Positions 29,302 to 44,049 of a DNA stretch of 64,000 bases are shown piece by piece; within the stretch, counting starts at the first letter, position 1; each line of letters begins with the position of its first letter. The position numbers were made by a program, and so were the translations under genes. The notes under the pieces are model-generated. The model was given only the letters and a program-made list of their open reading frames with translations. It ran no database searches and was not told the origin of the DNA. This stretch comes from Eledone cirrhosa. Taxonomy: Eukaryota. The DNA is taken from the NCBI GenBank assembly GCA_964016885.1, contig OZ024740.1, positions 341,496,001 through 341,560,000 on the forward strand, given 5' to 3'.

Positions 29302-29532
29302 TGTGTACCCCTTGTGTCAAAGAGATTAAAATTATTTTTAGGGTTTGCAGATAAAAGCAAGAATAAAGTATAAATACAAACATAGCTATAAACATAATTG
29401 GAAGGGATCCTTGGGGGATGCAAAGGATGGGTTTCTGAAGGATTCGTAGAAGAAGAAAAGAAAAAAGGAAGGCAAGAAAGAGAGAAAGTAGATGTTTCCT
29501 TGGAATTATGATTTTTCCTTTTATCTTGTGCT

Positions 29533-29583
<51 letters not shown>

Positions 29584-29678
29584 CACACGCGTGTGTGTGT
29601 AGTAGCAAATGTTTGCATACAGGTGTGTTTAAATTGGTTCTCTCCTTCTGCAGATCCCTATTTATTGTTTATTGTCGA

Positions 29679-30330
29679 TTATTGCATATTGAATTGTGGT
29701 TTGTATTGTTTAATGACTTGCTTTTCTTTATTTATTCTCTGTTGTTGAGTGAAAGAGTTTGAGCATTTGTAGAACGCGAAAATTTTGAAGTTGGGTAAGT
29801 CTGTTCCTGCGGATACTACAGTGTGATTACTTAAGGGGATTTGTATCGTGCTCTCATCGCAAATTTGTTGGCGGTGTATAATCATTCTTTTGCGTAATGA
29901 AATTCGCATCTGTCCTATGTAATTTTGCAAACATCCATAGCATGTAATCACATAGATTAGGTTTTCTGAGTTGCAGGTGACATTTTTTTAATCTGAAGGT
30001 TTGTTCATCCTTAAATTTGAATTCTGGTCTTTCGATTAGATATAGGCAGGTACCACAATTTGTTCTTCCGCACTGTGTAATAGTAGGGTTGGGGATTTTG
30101 CTAGGTTAAACTGAATGTTCAGTTTCGTGTGTTTTGGGTGACTTGATGTAAAAAGAAGGTACTTTTTGTAGTTCGTTTGTTTTTGAAATCATAATATCTT
30201 AAAAAGGTATTAAACTCCATTGAGAATTGGATGTTGCTTGTTAAGGTTATTTTAATATTTTGGAATTCTATGAGTGTATCAAGATTCTTCTGCCCTAAAA
30301 TGAACCAATCGTCCAGAAATGAAAAGACAA
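29679..30330 (-). pseudogene. Degraded PLE (Neptune-like): RT remnant + Cys linker + GIY-YIG
   Basis: FLDDWFI; CGRTNCGTC; TCNSENLIYVITCYGCLQNYIGQ...RKRMIIH...KEKQVIKQYKPQFN. Confidence 0.75.
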
Positions 30331-31197
30331 ACACAGAGATGCAAAAAAACAAAACAAAAAACAAAAAAAAAACAAAGTCTTATTAGTATCACACTAAGGA
30401 AGAAATAGAAGAGGGTTTGGCGTTTCAGAAATAAGTCCTTTTACAGGAAATGGAGAGTTCGGAGAGAGAGAGGAAAGGTTCGAACTTCGGAGTTTGGAAA
30501 AAAGGTTTTAAGAAGGCTGGGGGTGGTAGGCGAGTTGTCCAGCATTCGGGTGTGGGGGTCGAGGTGGAGAGTCCAGGTGTGTCATGGGTGTTGTTATGTG
30601 TGCAGATGGAGTGCATTTAATGGGTGTACATTATTGCTTCTGTCTGTGTGTCTGGTTGGTGTATAGTTGACGGAAGTGCGCGTGCGTGAGTCTGCGAAAT
30701 TTTAATGTATTTTTTGTGTGTGTACGTACGAGTATGTTTTCTTACATTGTGTGTACACGTACGTGTATGAGTGTGTGTGTTTATGTATGAGTGTGTGTGT
30801 GTGTGTGTGTGTAAGTGTGTATGTGCGTGTGTACACGTGTGTGTCTGTGAGAGTTTTTGTATTGTTTGTGTGTGTGCACGTACGTGTGTGTATGTTTATA
30901 TGTGTTTTTTTAAAAAGTTTTGTGCGTGTGTGTATGATTTTTGTATGAGTGAGTGTGTATATGTTTATGTATGAGTGTGTTGTGGCTTTTTTGTATTGTT
31001 TGTGTGTGTGAGTGTGCACGTTTGTATGTGTATCGAGTGGCCCTATGAATTCTTTTTAGGGTATGTGTGTGTATGTCTGTGTATGAGTGCGTGGGTGTGT
31101 ATGCAAATATACGTGTATCAGAATTTTTCAAATGTTTTTTTTTGCACATACATACATACATGCAAACATACATACATACATGCATACATACATACAT

Positions 31198-31522
31198 CAC
31201 TGGCACTCCGTCGGTGACGACGACGAATGGTCCAGTTGATATGATCAACGGAACAGTCTGTTCGTGAAATTAACGTGTAAGTGGCTGAACATTCCACAGA
31301 CACGCGTACCCTTAACGTAGTTCTCAGGGAGATTCAGCGTTACACAGAATGTGACAAGGCTGGCACATCGAATTACAGGCACAACTCATTTTTGCCAGCT
31401 GAGTGTACTGGAGCAGCATGAAATAAAGTGTCTTGCTCAAGGACACAACGTACCGCCAGGAAACGAACTCACGACATTACGATTGTAAGCCGAATACCCT
31501 AACCACAAAGTCACGCGCCTTC
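31198..31522 (-). mobile_element. tRNA-derived CORE-like SINE; an older copy at ~32262-32760 is interrupted by a hAT MITE (32434-32603)
   Basis: Reverse-complement head gaaggcgcgtgactttgtggttagg...gagttcgtttc and core gtgtccttgagcaagacacttt. Confidence 0.7.
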
Positions 31523-31695
31523 ATATACAAATACATACATACATCTGTCTGTATATGTATGTATATCTAGAAACTACATTAAATAAATGTTTGGCGTATA
31601 ATCTGTATATAGACTATTCGAAATTTCAACATTAGTTCTCCCCGACACTCAAACACGCGCAGAGAGAGAGAGAGAGACTGAGAGAGAGAGAGAAA

Positions 31696-31785
<90 letters not shown>

Positions 31786-31910
31786 CGCTCCCACAGACAC
31801 ACACACAGAGGCACGCGCCCATACACAGACACGCACGCACATATATTGTTCCTACTCTTCACAACAATGCTGTATTACCATATCCATGTTGGGAGTTGCT
31901 GTTCATCAAT

Positions 31911-31956
<46 letters not shown>

Positions 31957-34194
31957 GAGGTTAGTGAAAGTGAAAGAGAAAGAGAGAGTGAGAGAGAAGT
32001 ACAGCATTGACAGATCTATTTTACCGAACAGCTCAACCTTTCCTCTCCTTCTCCTGTTGTTTTAAGGAACTGGTTTTATTATCCTTAATATGATCCCTTC
32101 ATTGTAGTCTGAGACAATTTAAGACTTGTCTGGAACTTGTTGAGGCTGCTGTCTCTTACAGTTGTTCATTGTTCTCTCTAAGCATTAAATAGATAAGTAA
32201 TTTGGAGCAGATTGAAAAGGAACTCTCTGCCTACCCATTTGTGTTGTTAGACCTTCCACTCTTACGACGACGACAGCGACAAGTGTTCTAGTTGATTCGA
32301 TAAACAGTTTGCTTGTGAAATTAACGTACAAATAGCCGAACATTCTATAGACACGCGCGCCCTTAACGTAGTTATTAGGGAGATTTAATGACACTAAGTG
32401 GGACGAAACTGGCTCTTTCAATTTACAGATAAACAGTGCCGGATCTAGAACAAATGAGGCCCTTTGCTAGTTAAGTTATGAGGCACCAAATATTTGAAAA
32501 ATTCACCGCAAAAAATTTTGAAGGCAGGAAGATACCCCCCTATCCCTGGCCAACGGGACCCTGTGCTTAAGTACACCTAAGCACAATGGTAAATCCAGCA
32601 CTGTTCAGATGCAACTCATTTTTGTCAGCTGAAATAAAGTGAAATAATTTTGTCAGCTGAAATAAAACATAAAATAAAGTGTTTTGCTCAAAGACACAAT
32701 GCTCCGTCAGAAATCGAACTCATGACCCAGTGATCCTAACCACTACGCAACGCGTTCTTCACCCAACAATCCCTGTTCTCTGAAGAATACTCTTTGTTTT
32801 GAGATTCAAATTCAATTCCCTCCTGTAGTAATAAATGTTCAGTATCAATCTTATAAACTCATGTCACAAAAAATGACAACAGTTTTATGAAGTACAGAGA
32901 ATGGCATATCCATTGAAAACAATAGATGAAACCACTGATAAATATATTTATAGCTTTACAAAATAGAAAAAAGGGGGATAATGGCTTTGATTATAAACAA
33001 CATTAATATAGTGTGTGTGTGTGTGTGTGTACGTGCGCGCGCGATCTGTATTTGCTACTCGCTGTTTTAAGATGAAAATATAAATAATTGTTTCTACTTT
33101 TGGCACAAGGCCAGCATTACTGGTACTTTATTTTATCGATCCCGTAAGGATGAAAGGTAAAGTTAACCCCGACCCTCTACCGATACTGCCAATCCGCCCT
33201 GAAAATATAAATAAAATAGTTTAGTCATGAAAAAACAACAACTCTTCCCTGAATATACAAATATATCATCATCATTATCATATTCATCATCGTTATCGTC
33301 ATCATCATTACCCTCGTCATCATCCCCATCATCATTAACACCATCATCATCACTGTCGTCATCATAATCATCATCATCGTTGTCATCATCATCATCATCA
33401 TTATCATCGTCGTCGTCATCATCGTCATCATCATCATCGCCGTCGTCGCCACCACCACCACCACCATCATCATTGTCGTCGTCACTATCATCATCATCAC
33501 CATTATCATCGTTGACATCATCAATGTCATAATCATTTATGTTCATGTTTGTATGTATGCACTGGTTGGATGGGTCCTCTCTAAAACGGTGACGTCATTT
33601 GTTACATTCCTTTTGTCACCTTCTTTGCGACTTTCAGCATTCTGAGATCAGCATTCTGAGATCAGCCTTCCTCTTTTCTACGCAAGTCTTCTTGAGTCTT
33701 TCTTCTCTGCGGCTTCCTTCGCTGGGATCTTTTGCCACTTCTGTATCCAGCTGTTATCATCCTTACACATCACGTGTGCATGACAGCATAGTCTTCTATC
33801 TTGCACATAACATCTGATTCCTGTCATATAACAGTTGTTCGTTCAACTCTTGATACCAAACCGCTTGAAATCATTTTTGGTTTCATAATTCTAAGCAGTT
33901 TAGTATGTATGTTCTTCTGGTTTTATAATTTCCCAATTTTTTTTCCAATAGAGAGAGAGAGTCGCTTTCTAACATAGACACAAGACTCTCTCATTGGAAT
34001 TTACACAACATCAACTAGGTAGATATGTATGTATGCATGCATGTGTAGATATGGATGTTATTGTATGTATGGATGTGTATGTTTTGAGTTGTATGTGTGC
34101 ATGTGTATATGCTTTGTACATGTGTATATGCAGTTATTAGATGCAACATTTTTGGAATGTTTTACATATTTTTACTGTTCCATTAATGGATTGT

Positions 34195-34530
34195 ACTTGT
34201 ATATCCTAACTAGTTGTGTTCTTTCTGTTCCTGTGAAGCCTAGCTTCTCAAGATTTGTATTGAGGCAGTTACTAACATACCCCAGTGCCTCAATAATCAC
34301 AGGCATAAATCTGAAGGTGTAATCAGGGTGGAGTATCTGCAGATTTCTCATTAGTTCTGCATAAATATTCTCCTTTTCGCTAATCTTTGATATTATATTG
34401 GCATCTGCTGGGCAGCTAATTTCCACTACTGTGCATGCTTTCTTCTCCCTGTCCCATATCATAATATCTGGTCTGTTATTCCTACATTTTATTGGGGTTT
34501 TTACTGGAACATTCCACCAGTACTCTTTCA
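34195..34530 (-). pseudogene. R4/Dong-like non-LTR element, restriction-like endonuclease fragment
   Basis: WWNVPVKT...NNRPDIMIWDREKKACTVVEISCP...EKENIY...PVIIEALG (PD-(D/E)xK-type motif). Confidence 0.75.
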
Positions 34531-36149
34531 TATTATGTATGTATGTATGAACGTCTACACTCTCACCCCGCCACCACATTTACATTTACACAAGTCATTA
34601 CCCTATCTAGACTAAGGTAACTGACCTGTTGCCAAACTTCCTACTCTGTGTTGAATGTGTGTGTATATATGTATGTATGTGTATATAGGGCGGAAGAACT
34701 CATAAGAGTCAACGACCATCCAAAAGTGTGTAAATATATATATATACATGTACATATGTATGTATATGTATATGTGTATATGCATGGGTGCATGTGTATA
34801 CATATATGCGTGGGGACATAGAAATAGTCGGGCTGGATACCCGATCGCGCGGTTAAACCACTGGGAGCGAAGGATCTCTAGCCTTTGTCAGGGCATTCTT
34901 CTAGGAGAAGGCAACTCAGGAAACTGGGATAACTCCGATATAAAACCTGCGGCTCAGTAGTTACCGATGATGTTGATCTTTTCTTCTTTTCGGGTTACTA
35001 CAGCTACTGTCGCTCAGAGAGTGGGATTGGCTCAGTGCACAGTCTTTCCTCACTTTAATAAACATCTTCACGCACAGGCATTGCACGATAGAATGTATTA
35101 CTAATTATTGATAATGGTATATCGTGCAATGTCCATACTCGATAACGAGGGGGCAGCCATCATGTGTATATATATATATATCACTCAGTCAAAACGACCA
35201 AATTTCAACCCCAACGTCTACAACATCTACAACAACAACACCGGTACCAATGTCTACAGCAACAACAACAGCATCAGAATGAAATGAACACCAACATTTA
35301 CAACTGCAGCATCAAACGATAAAAAACCGCAAACAACAACTGCCACCTCCATCACCACCACCACCCGCCACCACCATCTCCATCACCACCACCAGCGATC
35401 AGGCCTTAAGAAAACAACAACTATAATAATAATAATTTTTCTGCTTTTGGCACGGGACCAGCGATTGTCCCAGCGCATCACTGGTGCTCTGTTTGATCGA
35501 CTTCGTGGGGATAAAAGGCGGGATTTGAGCTCGGCGGGATTTGAACTCAGACCATAAAGGAACGTAAGTCTATGCTGGAATGCATGGCGTCTGACCCTCT
35601 ACCGATACTGCCACTGAACAGTAACACACGAACGGCTTCAATTATACGAACTCTTTCGAAAGTCAACAGTTGACATAATCTTGTATCAGTAATGACGGTA
35701 ATATATATAATTATTTATATATGCATGTGTGTGAGTGGCGTGTGTGTGTTTGTTTGTATGCATGAGTGTTAGTGTGTGCGTGTGTGGGTATGTGTGGGTG
35801 TGTGCGTGCGTGTCGTACGTATGAGTGTCAATAAGTGAGTTTTTTTTTTTCTTTTTTTCATGCACGGGGACATAGAAATAATCGGGCTGGATACGCGATT
35901 GCGCAGTTAAACCACTGGCAGTGAAGGACTTCTAGCCCTTGTCAGGGCATTCTTCTAGGAGAAGGCAACTCAGGAAACTGGGTTAATTCCGACATAAAGC
36001 CTGCAGCTCAGTAGTGACCGATGATGTTGATCTTTTCTTCTTTTCGGGTTATAACTACTGTCGCTCAGAGAGTGGGATTGGCTCAGTGCACAGTCTTCCT
36101 CACTTTAAAAATATTCTTCACGCACAGGCATTGCACGATTGCATTAATT

Positions 36150-36845
36150 AATAAACTCTACATGCATGGAAGTGCCGTCAGCCGGACCTGTCCGAGATGC
36201 GCGCAGGGCGATGAAACCGTCCTGCACGCACTCATCCAGTTTTCGAGCATTGCTGACTTGTGGGTTTATGCCGAACACCTGCTGTCACGTGTAGAATGGA
36301 TCCGGCTATCAGCTGAGTCCATCATGAAAATTGCCCCGCCGTCTTCCTTTAGCCGAGAAGGGCAGGCAGTTTTTTTTTATCTTCCTAGTGGCCATGGTAA
36401 AAGAGATTGTATGGTGGACACGTCTGAAAGGGTTGAAGACGGGTACTTTCCTTTCGGTGACGCCCTCATTAACTTTTTCAGGTTTCACCTGAATCAGGGT
36501 GAAGAGTGAAGTGCTGACTTCCAGCCAGTTTTTTGAAAGGTGGGTGAGAGAGGCAAGAATGGCCCATGTGAATGGGTCTACCCTGAGTGTGTGCCTGTAG
36601 CATTGTAGGAGGAAAACTGGAAGAGGGCATTTGCCCTAGCGGTCAGGGTAACCGTGGCTTTTCTTGTGGGCTTTCTCCACGAGCAACCTTCGGAGGTGTC
36701 CCCCCTATTGGGAAATTTTTCATTGTTTCCTTTTTTGTGACATACTCTGTTTTTGTTTTTTTTACATGCAGAAATGCCCATTCGTATTGTCCTGTGTTGT
36801 CCTTAATGTTATACTTTGTGTCAACTCTTGTAGTTAATAAAGAAA
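36150..36845 (+). pseudogene. L1/Tx1-like ORF2 C-terminal zinc-finger fragment with 3' UTR
   Basis: TCPRCAQGDETVLHAL..SIADLW (zf-RVT-like), frameshifted. AATAAA near 36836. Confidence 0.65.
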
Positions 36846-37059
36846 GCATTAATTAATAATTATTAATAGTGTTATTATTATTATTATAATAAAGAAATCA
36901 TTATTATTATTATTATTATTACTATAATTACTTTTTTTTTTCCAATTCAATGATGTTCCAAAACAATATAAAAGAGATAATTGGCAATAAGGGCAGGGGC
37001 CCCAGGGTATCACAGCCCCCCTCCCTCGTCATCGTGCCACTGTAATAGAGCCAAAAGGC

Positions 37060-37707
37060 ATTTAATATTGGCTGCTGGAACGTACGGACGTTGCTTGACA
37101 GGGATTCCTTGGAACGTCCTGAACGAAGGACCGCTCGTGTTGCAAAGGAGCTTCGACGTTACGATCTTGACATCGTAGCTTTATCTGAGACGAGGTTAGC
37201 TGGAGATGGTCATCTTACAGAATTTTGTGGAGAATATACATTCTTCTGGAAAGGAAGAGATGAAGGAACCAGAAGAGAGGCTAGGGTAACATTTGCTGTT
37301 AAGACTGCTCTTGTGGATAAATTAGAAGAATTCCCAGTGGGGATTAGTGAGCGTCTTATGTCCATGAGTATTCCGCTGGACAAAGGAAGATATGTGACCC
37401 TGGTGAGAGTGTATGCTCCAACTATGAATTCTGTCGATGAAGAAAAAGTGTCTTTTTACCATGCCTTGAAAGGTGTTTTGAGAAATATCCCTCAGGCAGA
37501 ATAAATTATCGTGCTTGGTAACTTTAATGTTAGAGTGGGTAGGGATTTTAACACATGGAATGTAATAGGAAGGCATGGATGGGAAAGTGTAACAACAATG
37601 GTATGCTCCTGCTGCAGATGTGTGAGGAGCTGGATCTGTGTGTTACCAACACCATGTTCCAGCAAAAGTAGAAATTTAAGACCACATGGATGCATCCTGC
37701 ATCTAAG
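37060..37707 (+). pseudogene. RTE/BovB-like apurinic endonuclease domain
   Basis: WNVRTLLD..RPERRTA..DIVALSETR..YTFFWKG..VYAPT..LGNFNVRVG..TTWMHP, with stops and frameshifts. Confidence 0.85.
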
Positions 37708-38640
37708 GTTAATAAAATAAACTCATGGTATGATAGCAATAAATACCAGATTGTAATGTTTATCAATACAACCCCTAGAGGTAAACTAGCTTACAAATTT
37801 AGAAGGGCCCTAGATAAACTTAAACTAAATATTAAGATAGTGGAAAGACCAGGTACCTCCATAAAAACACTAATTAGTAATACATACCCTTTTCAAAGAC
37901 CTCTCTGTATAGATAGGAAATGCATAATCTGTAAGCTAAGCCCCCATATTAACTGTAAAACTAGAAACATAGTATATAACATAAGATGTACTGAGGGACA
38001 ATGTAAAAATAAGAATATAATGTACATAGGTGGGACAGTTCGTAGCATAGGAGAACGATTAAATGAACACTAGCGAGAACTCCATGATAGAAAAGACTCA
38101 TCAATACTCCACCAACATGCTAAAATAGAACATAAGGGCAAATTAGAGAGCATAGAGATAAAAATAAAATCTACACACAGAAAAGACGCAATGCTTAGAC
38201 AAATCACAGAGGCAATAAACATAAATGAACTCCAACCAAAATTAAATAGAAAACATGAACGGAATAGCAACATCACAACTTATAATTAAGGACAAAATGA
38301 AAACACACACACATAGAACGAACAACTAACTAGTAACATGTAAGTAAACAAATAAAAACACGCACAGACACCCGGATGTAACACATGCGCAAACTAAGCA
38401 CACAACACACACAAAAACAAGATGGCGTAGGATAGAACAAAGGAGAGGCACAAAACAAAGAAAAGAATCCCCAGTCACTGAAGAGGTCACAGAATGTGTG
38501 ACGAAAGAACTTTGACACTATATGAACAACCATCCGGTTGTGGATCCAACCAACCAACCGGAAATTTATAAAATTAATAATAAATTGAAGTGAAACAACT
38601 GGTGCGTGTGTTTCTTATTGGCAACATAACCCTCCCAAAG
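37708..38640 (+). mobile_element. PLE 3' fragment (GIY-YIG) with a pLTR hammerhead at 38474-38516
   Basis: CIDRKCIIC..CKTRNIVYNIRC..YIGGTVRSIGERLNEH..EAINI..PKLN; gtca-CTGAAGA-ggtcac..gtgac-GAAA-gaac-TT-tgac. Confidence 0.8.
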
Positions 38641-38646
38641 TATAAC

Positions 38647-38702
<56 letters not shown>

Positions 38703-38916
38703 ATAAATTAACGGAGGCATAGGCCCTCGTTATTCCCTGTAAATAATGTGCTCAAAGGAGAAGAGATCCTGAGCTCTTTAAAATACAATATATATAAGCA
38801 GCGATTCTTTGCTTAAACTTTAATCTGTTATTTTAATAAATATATATATATATATATATAAGCAACGATTCTTTGCTTAAACTTTAATCTGTTATTTTAA
38901 TAAATATATGTATATA

Positions 38917-41490
38917 TACAATATATTAACAAATGGAAACTATATTTATAAAACCATATTTATTTCATTATACATATTTCAAGGGCCACCAAGGCACTTT
39001 CATCAGATAAAATATAATATAGGTTAGTTTTATAAATAAATATTGACATACTCTGAAAAAATGCAACCATTCTGGCTGGAATCTCCTGGATAGTGGAGTT
39101 ATTAGATTTATTGTTGGTTTATTATGCAAATTAGTGTTGGAAAGGTTTAAATAACAGTATATTTAAATTAAGCCGTTGGAATAGGGAAAAAAAGAAAGAA
39201 AGAGAAAAAATGAAAGAAAGAAAGAGAAAAAACCTGAGTATATTTAAGTGAGAGAGAATAGCGTAATTTTGAGAGAAGAGGCGAAGAAATGAATATAGCG
39301 TGGATGAATACCGCAAGATGGATAACCAATAAATAATAAAGCGTGGATAAATAATAATATCCGGATTCATTATAATGATAAGTTCAAATCCCGCCGAGGT
39401 TGACTTTGCCTTTCATCCTCACAGGGTCGATAAAATAAAGTACCAGTAATGCACTGGGTAATTGCTGGCCTTGTGCCTAAAGTAGAAACAATTATAATGA
39501 TAGTTGAAGAATTTTATCTAATGTTTAATTAATAAATTTGATTAAATGTTTAATTAATAATTTATCAATTCAATCCGTAGTTTAAATGTGTGTTAGGTTA
39601 TTCCAAAGTAAAGAATAGTTAGTGTTCTTTGATTTTAGGTCCCATAGTAAATTAGATAGAGAAGTTGAAGATTTTTTATTTATATTCGTAAAAGAGCATT
39701 TATGGTTATTAAAACGGGACTTAAAATCTGTGGAGGTAGAGCCTACGTAATTAAATGAATTTAAATTAGTTTTTACATTACAATTATATACTATATGTTT
39801 AACTAAACAATTGTTATTTAACGGACAGTTAGATTTATTTCTACAGTTACATTTATCAAAATTTAAGTTTCTAGGAGCCGTATTATTCAGTTGGATATTG
39901 CTGGGGTTATTAATGGTATTCTGGTTAGGTTTTAAGTTTCTATTATTAATTCTGTTAATATTCTGCGCTAAATTACTGGTGGTTGAATACGTTAGTTTTA
40001 TAGTATGTCTATTAAATATTGAGTAATACCTATGTGTTCTAGGGAAGCATTTATCTAGAGCTTTAAAGAATAATTTAGCAATAGGAGTTTTAATAGTTAA
40101 TGAGAAAGGAGGGGCGAACCATAATATATTCCTAGTTCTATTTCTTTTTTTGTTTTTCGAATTATTGTAAGGTTTTCTATTATAGTTGTTAACATTATGG
40201 TTATTTATCATATAATTATTATCAATGTATTTAATTTTATTACTATATCCAGCTCTACCTAACGCTTCGTTATAATATTGCGCTTTATCTTCAAAAATAT
40301 TCTTATTAGCTGAAATTCTAGAAATACGTTGCTGCATAGAGTTTACTATGGTGTTTTTAACGGATCTGGGGTGATTTGAATTAAAATTAACGTAGTTTAA
40401 GTTCTCGTTTATTTTGTGAAATGGATAATAAAGACCTGTGTTAAGGTTTAAAGTTACATCTAGAAAATTAACTATTTTATAATTCTCTATTTCTATTTTA
40501 AGATTAAGGTAATTAAAAAATTGTATAATTTCTTTTCTTTTCCTATTTATTTCACAGTTATTATTTTCTATAAGTAATAGCATATCGTCGCGATATAAAC
40601 CTCCGGTCATCTGCGGTATTTTCCTATGTAGAGTATTATTAATAAAAAGCCCCACAAGATCCGTTATTTGGGCGGAATCGGATGACCCCATAGTGATATC
40701 GAAATTACTATCTCTGTCTGCTCTAGTTCAGAGGTGGTTGTTAAATTTAATTAATGTTTTCCGTGCAGTTAAGATAATGCGCATTTCATTACTAGTTAAG
40801 TCTGTATGTTTAAATGCATATGTTAGGGCTTTATTAAGTAGATTAGGAGTGATGGATAAGTAATAATTAGCAATATCTAATTGAATTAACTTATTATTAT
40901 AGTTATATTTAATTGTTTCTACTTTTGGCACAAGGCCAGCAATTATCCCAGTGTATTACTGGTACTTTATTTTATCGACCCCGTAAGGATGAAAGGCAAA
41001 GTTAACCTCGGCGGGATTTGAACTCAGACCATAAAGGGCCGTAACCCTTTACTGCAAAGCATGGCGTCCGACCCTCTACCGATACTGCCAATCCACCGCC
41101 CTTATTATAGTTATATTTAATGTCTTTAAACCAGTCGATAACTTCGTTAGTTCCTTTCCATAATTTTAAATAAGATAATTCTTTAATTTGTGGTATGATT
41201 CTGTCTAAAATGTTCTTGCTAAGTATGCCAAGGTCCGATTTAGATGGTTTAATTAATCTAACTGGTAATTCAATTTCAAAATTCCTTTTATGGTCCTTCA
41301 TATTAATTTTTTGTCCCTTGGCATGAAGGGTTGTGTCCTATTTTCAATGCCTAATTCCTGCATTATGTAAGAAGCTTCTGTATTCAATTTTTCAATATTG
41401 TATATTTACTCCAATAATTTGTTGAGTGCTTTATATCAGTTATAAAAATATTTTGCTTGTTGTATCCCAACAAATTAAATATAACCTCTA
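38917..41490 (-). mobile_element. Second Hydra-like PLE family copy, disrupted, with 3' pLTR hammerhead (38961-39014) and an inverted tail piece at 41385-41490
   Basis: KDHKRNF..VRLIKPSKSDLG, MGSSDSAQITDLVG, GGLYRDD, CNCRNKSNCPLNNNC, YVGST. Its pLTR matches the solo pLTRs at 19.6, 22.9, 23.1 and 24.8-25.1 kb. Confidence 0.88.
40912..41101 (-). mobile_element. Full-length SINE inserted in the PLE RT
   Basis: 20-bp TSD ttattatagttatatttaat at 40894-40913 and 41102-41121. Confidence 0.88.
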
Positions 41491-41491
41491 C

Positions 41492-41619
<128 letters not shown>

Positions 41620-42028
41620 TATACTGCATGGAATTTTATAATTTTTTTATAATTTTTATAAGCAAAATATTATTTTCTTTCTTCTAAGAAAGATCTAAAA
41701 ACAACAACAGCAACAACAACTACCAACTGTTGATGTTCTTCTAATGTTAGTTGTTGACGTCTTCGTTCTATTTTGTGGTAGAGTTAAACATGTTTTTGTA
41801 ATCTCAACATAGAACCTTTTTTGTTTCGGTGGCCAACATGAGAACATTCACAAATCTTCAGTCCGAACACTGTTACCCACTCAGTAAATAAACTGATTTG
41901 GTAGTTTCTTATGATAAACTGTTTGTTTGTTTTTAACTAACTGTTGCACCCATAAGTGTTTTGATTCGCTTAAGATAGCTAGCTATGAATTATTACTTAA
42001 GCGCTCTCTCTCTCTCTCTCTCTCTCTC

Positions 42029-42088
<60 letters not shown>

Positions 42089-42241
42089 CAGCCTCTCTCT
42101 CCCTCCAGCCTCTCTCTCCCTCCAGCCTCTCTCTCTGTATATTAGAAGTCAGAAGAAATTACGGAAGATCTTACTTAAATCATCATAATTACCTATTTGT
42201 AAAAACGCGAGTGAGGGCAGGATATCGATATAAAATGTCAT

Positions 42242-42287
<46 letters not shown>

Positions 42288-42462
42288 GCAATTGAGAGAG
42301 AGAGAGAGAAAGAAAGAGAAAGAGTAAGAGAAAGGTGAAGGTGAAGGGAAAATAGGTAAAGAGAGAGAGGATAGAGGTGGTGAGATAGAAAGTGGTAGAG
42401 GATAGATAAGAGGGGGAAATAAGAGTGATAGAGAGAGATGGGATAGATATAAGAAAGGATAG

Positions 42463-42623
42463 ATAGTCGAGTGGGTGTAGGAGTGACTAGAAAAATAATC
42501 ATATGCTAAATAAAGCAGGATCGCCAACCAGTGGCCCACGGACCACCAGTTGGCCACTGGTTGGCAACCCTGCTTTATTTAACATGATTATTTTTCTAGT
42601 CATTCCTACACCCACCCGACTAT
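42463..42623. repeat. ~75-bp inverted repeat with hAT-TIR-like inner ends
   Basis: atagtcgagtgggtgtagg...gccaaccagtggcc / ggccactggttggc...cctacacccacccgactat. Confidence 0.7.
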
Positions 42624-44049
42624 TTATTAATAATAATGAAATTATTGTGTACAGTGCTCAGGTGCACTACAACTCATCAAAGGTACATGTACAGTACATA
42701 GGAAAATGTATAAATGTCAGGAAAGTGAATAGTGTATGACTCATGATATACAAGTGTGCGTGTGCATGGAGAGGGGTTAGTGTTGGCGAATTTCAGGAAG
42801 CATGGAGGTTTCAAAGGATGCAGTGTCGCGACAGCTAACAGCTGATGCAGGTAGTTTGTTCCTTGCTTCAGCAACTCTGAGCGTCGGTGGTCCGCAGAAA
42901 AATTTGGACATTATTTGTAATGTTTATGTTGTATTAATAATAAAACCAACATATTTGGTTAAAATATATTTCATAACACCCCTAAAAATGTTTCTCCTCA
43001 GTAAAGAACTAGCATCCATGAAATAATTTGTTCACATATGTATCATCTGTTGACAATATGACACATGTACACTTCAGTATTGTTTAATAAAATGGAAGTT
43101 CTCTGACCATTATTTTACAAGTGGATTGGCAGTATCAGTGGAGGGTCGGACGCCATGCTTTCCAGAATAGAGTTATGTCCCTTTGCGGTCTGAGTTCAAA
43201 TCCCGCCGAGATTAACTCTGCCTTTCATCCTTAATAGGTAGATAAAATAAAGTACCAGTAATGCACTGAGATAATTGCTGGCCTTGTGCCAAAAGTAGAA
43301 ACAATTATTTATATTTTCATCTTAAAACAGCGAGTAGCAACATATAACATACGAATTCTAGACTCCAAATATTTATGTTCAATGCATGTGTCTACTATTG
43401 ATGATATAATTATTATATAATTGTTTCTATTTTTGGCACAAGGTCAGCAATTACTCCAGTGCATTATTGGTGCTTTATTTTATCGAACCCGTAATGATGA
43501 AAGCAAAGTTAACCTCGGCAGGATTTGAACTCAGAACGTAAAGGGCCGTAACTCTATGCTGTAAAGCATGGCGTTCAACCCTCTATCGATACTGCCAATC
43601 CAAAGCCCTATTATTATATCATTATATAATGATTTCTAGTATTTTTTTACATCATTATATAATTGTTGCTACTTTCGGCACAAGGCCAGCAATTACCCAG
43701 TACATTACTGGTACTTTATTTTATCGACCTCGTAAGGATGAAAGGCAAAGTTAACATTGGCAGGATTTGAACTCAGATCGTAAAGGGACGTAACTATGCT
43801 GGAAAGCATGTCCAACCTCCTACCAACTCTGCCAATCCACTGCCCTATATCATTATATAATGATATTTTAATGACAGTATACAGGGTATGGAAATATTAA
43901 TCTGTCATCTTTTAGGTCAAAAGCTTCCTGTCAGATTAAACCATTGTAGTAAGAGTTCAGGAAGGGAGGGGCTCTCGTTCTGAATCACATTCTATCAATT
44001 TTGGTGTAGCCCAATGTTGGGTTATATTTCTATAATGTTGGTATTAGTA

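Noticed and set aside
33163-33546. Poly-Asp or poly-Met ORFs
   Set aside because: Degenerate (ATC/GTC)n trinucleotide tract running into a SINE, with no domain or splice support.
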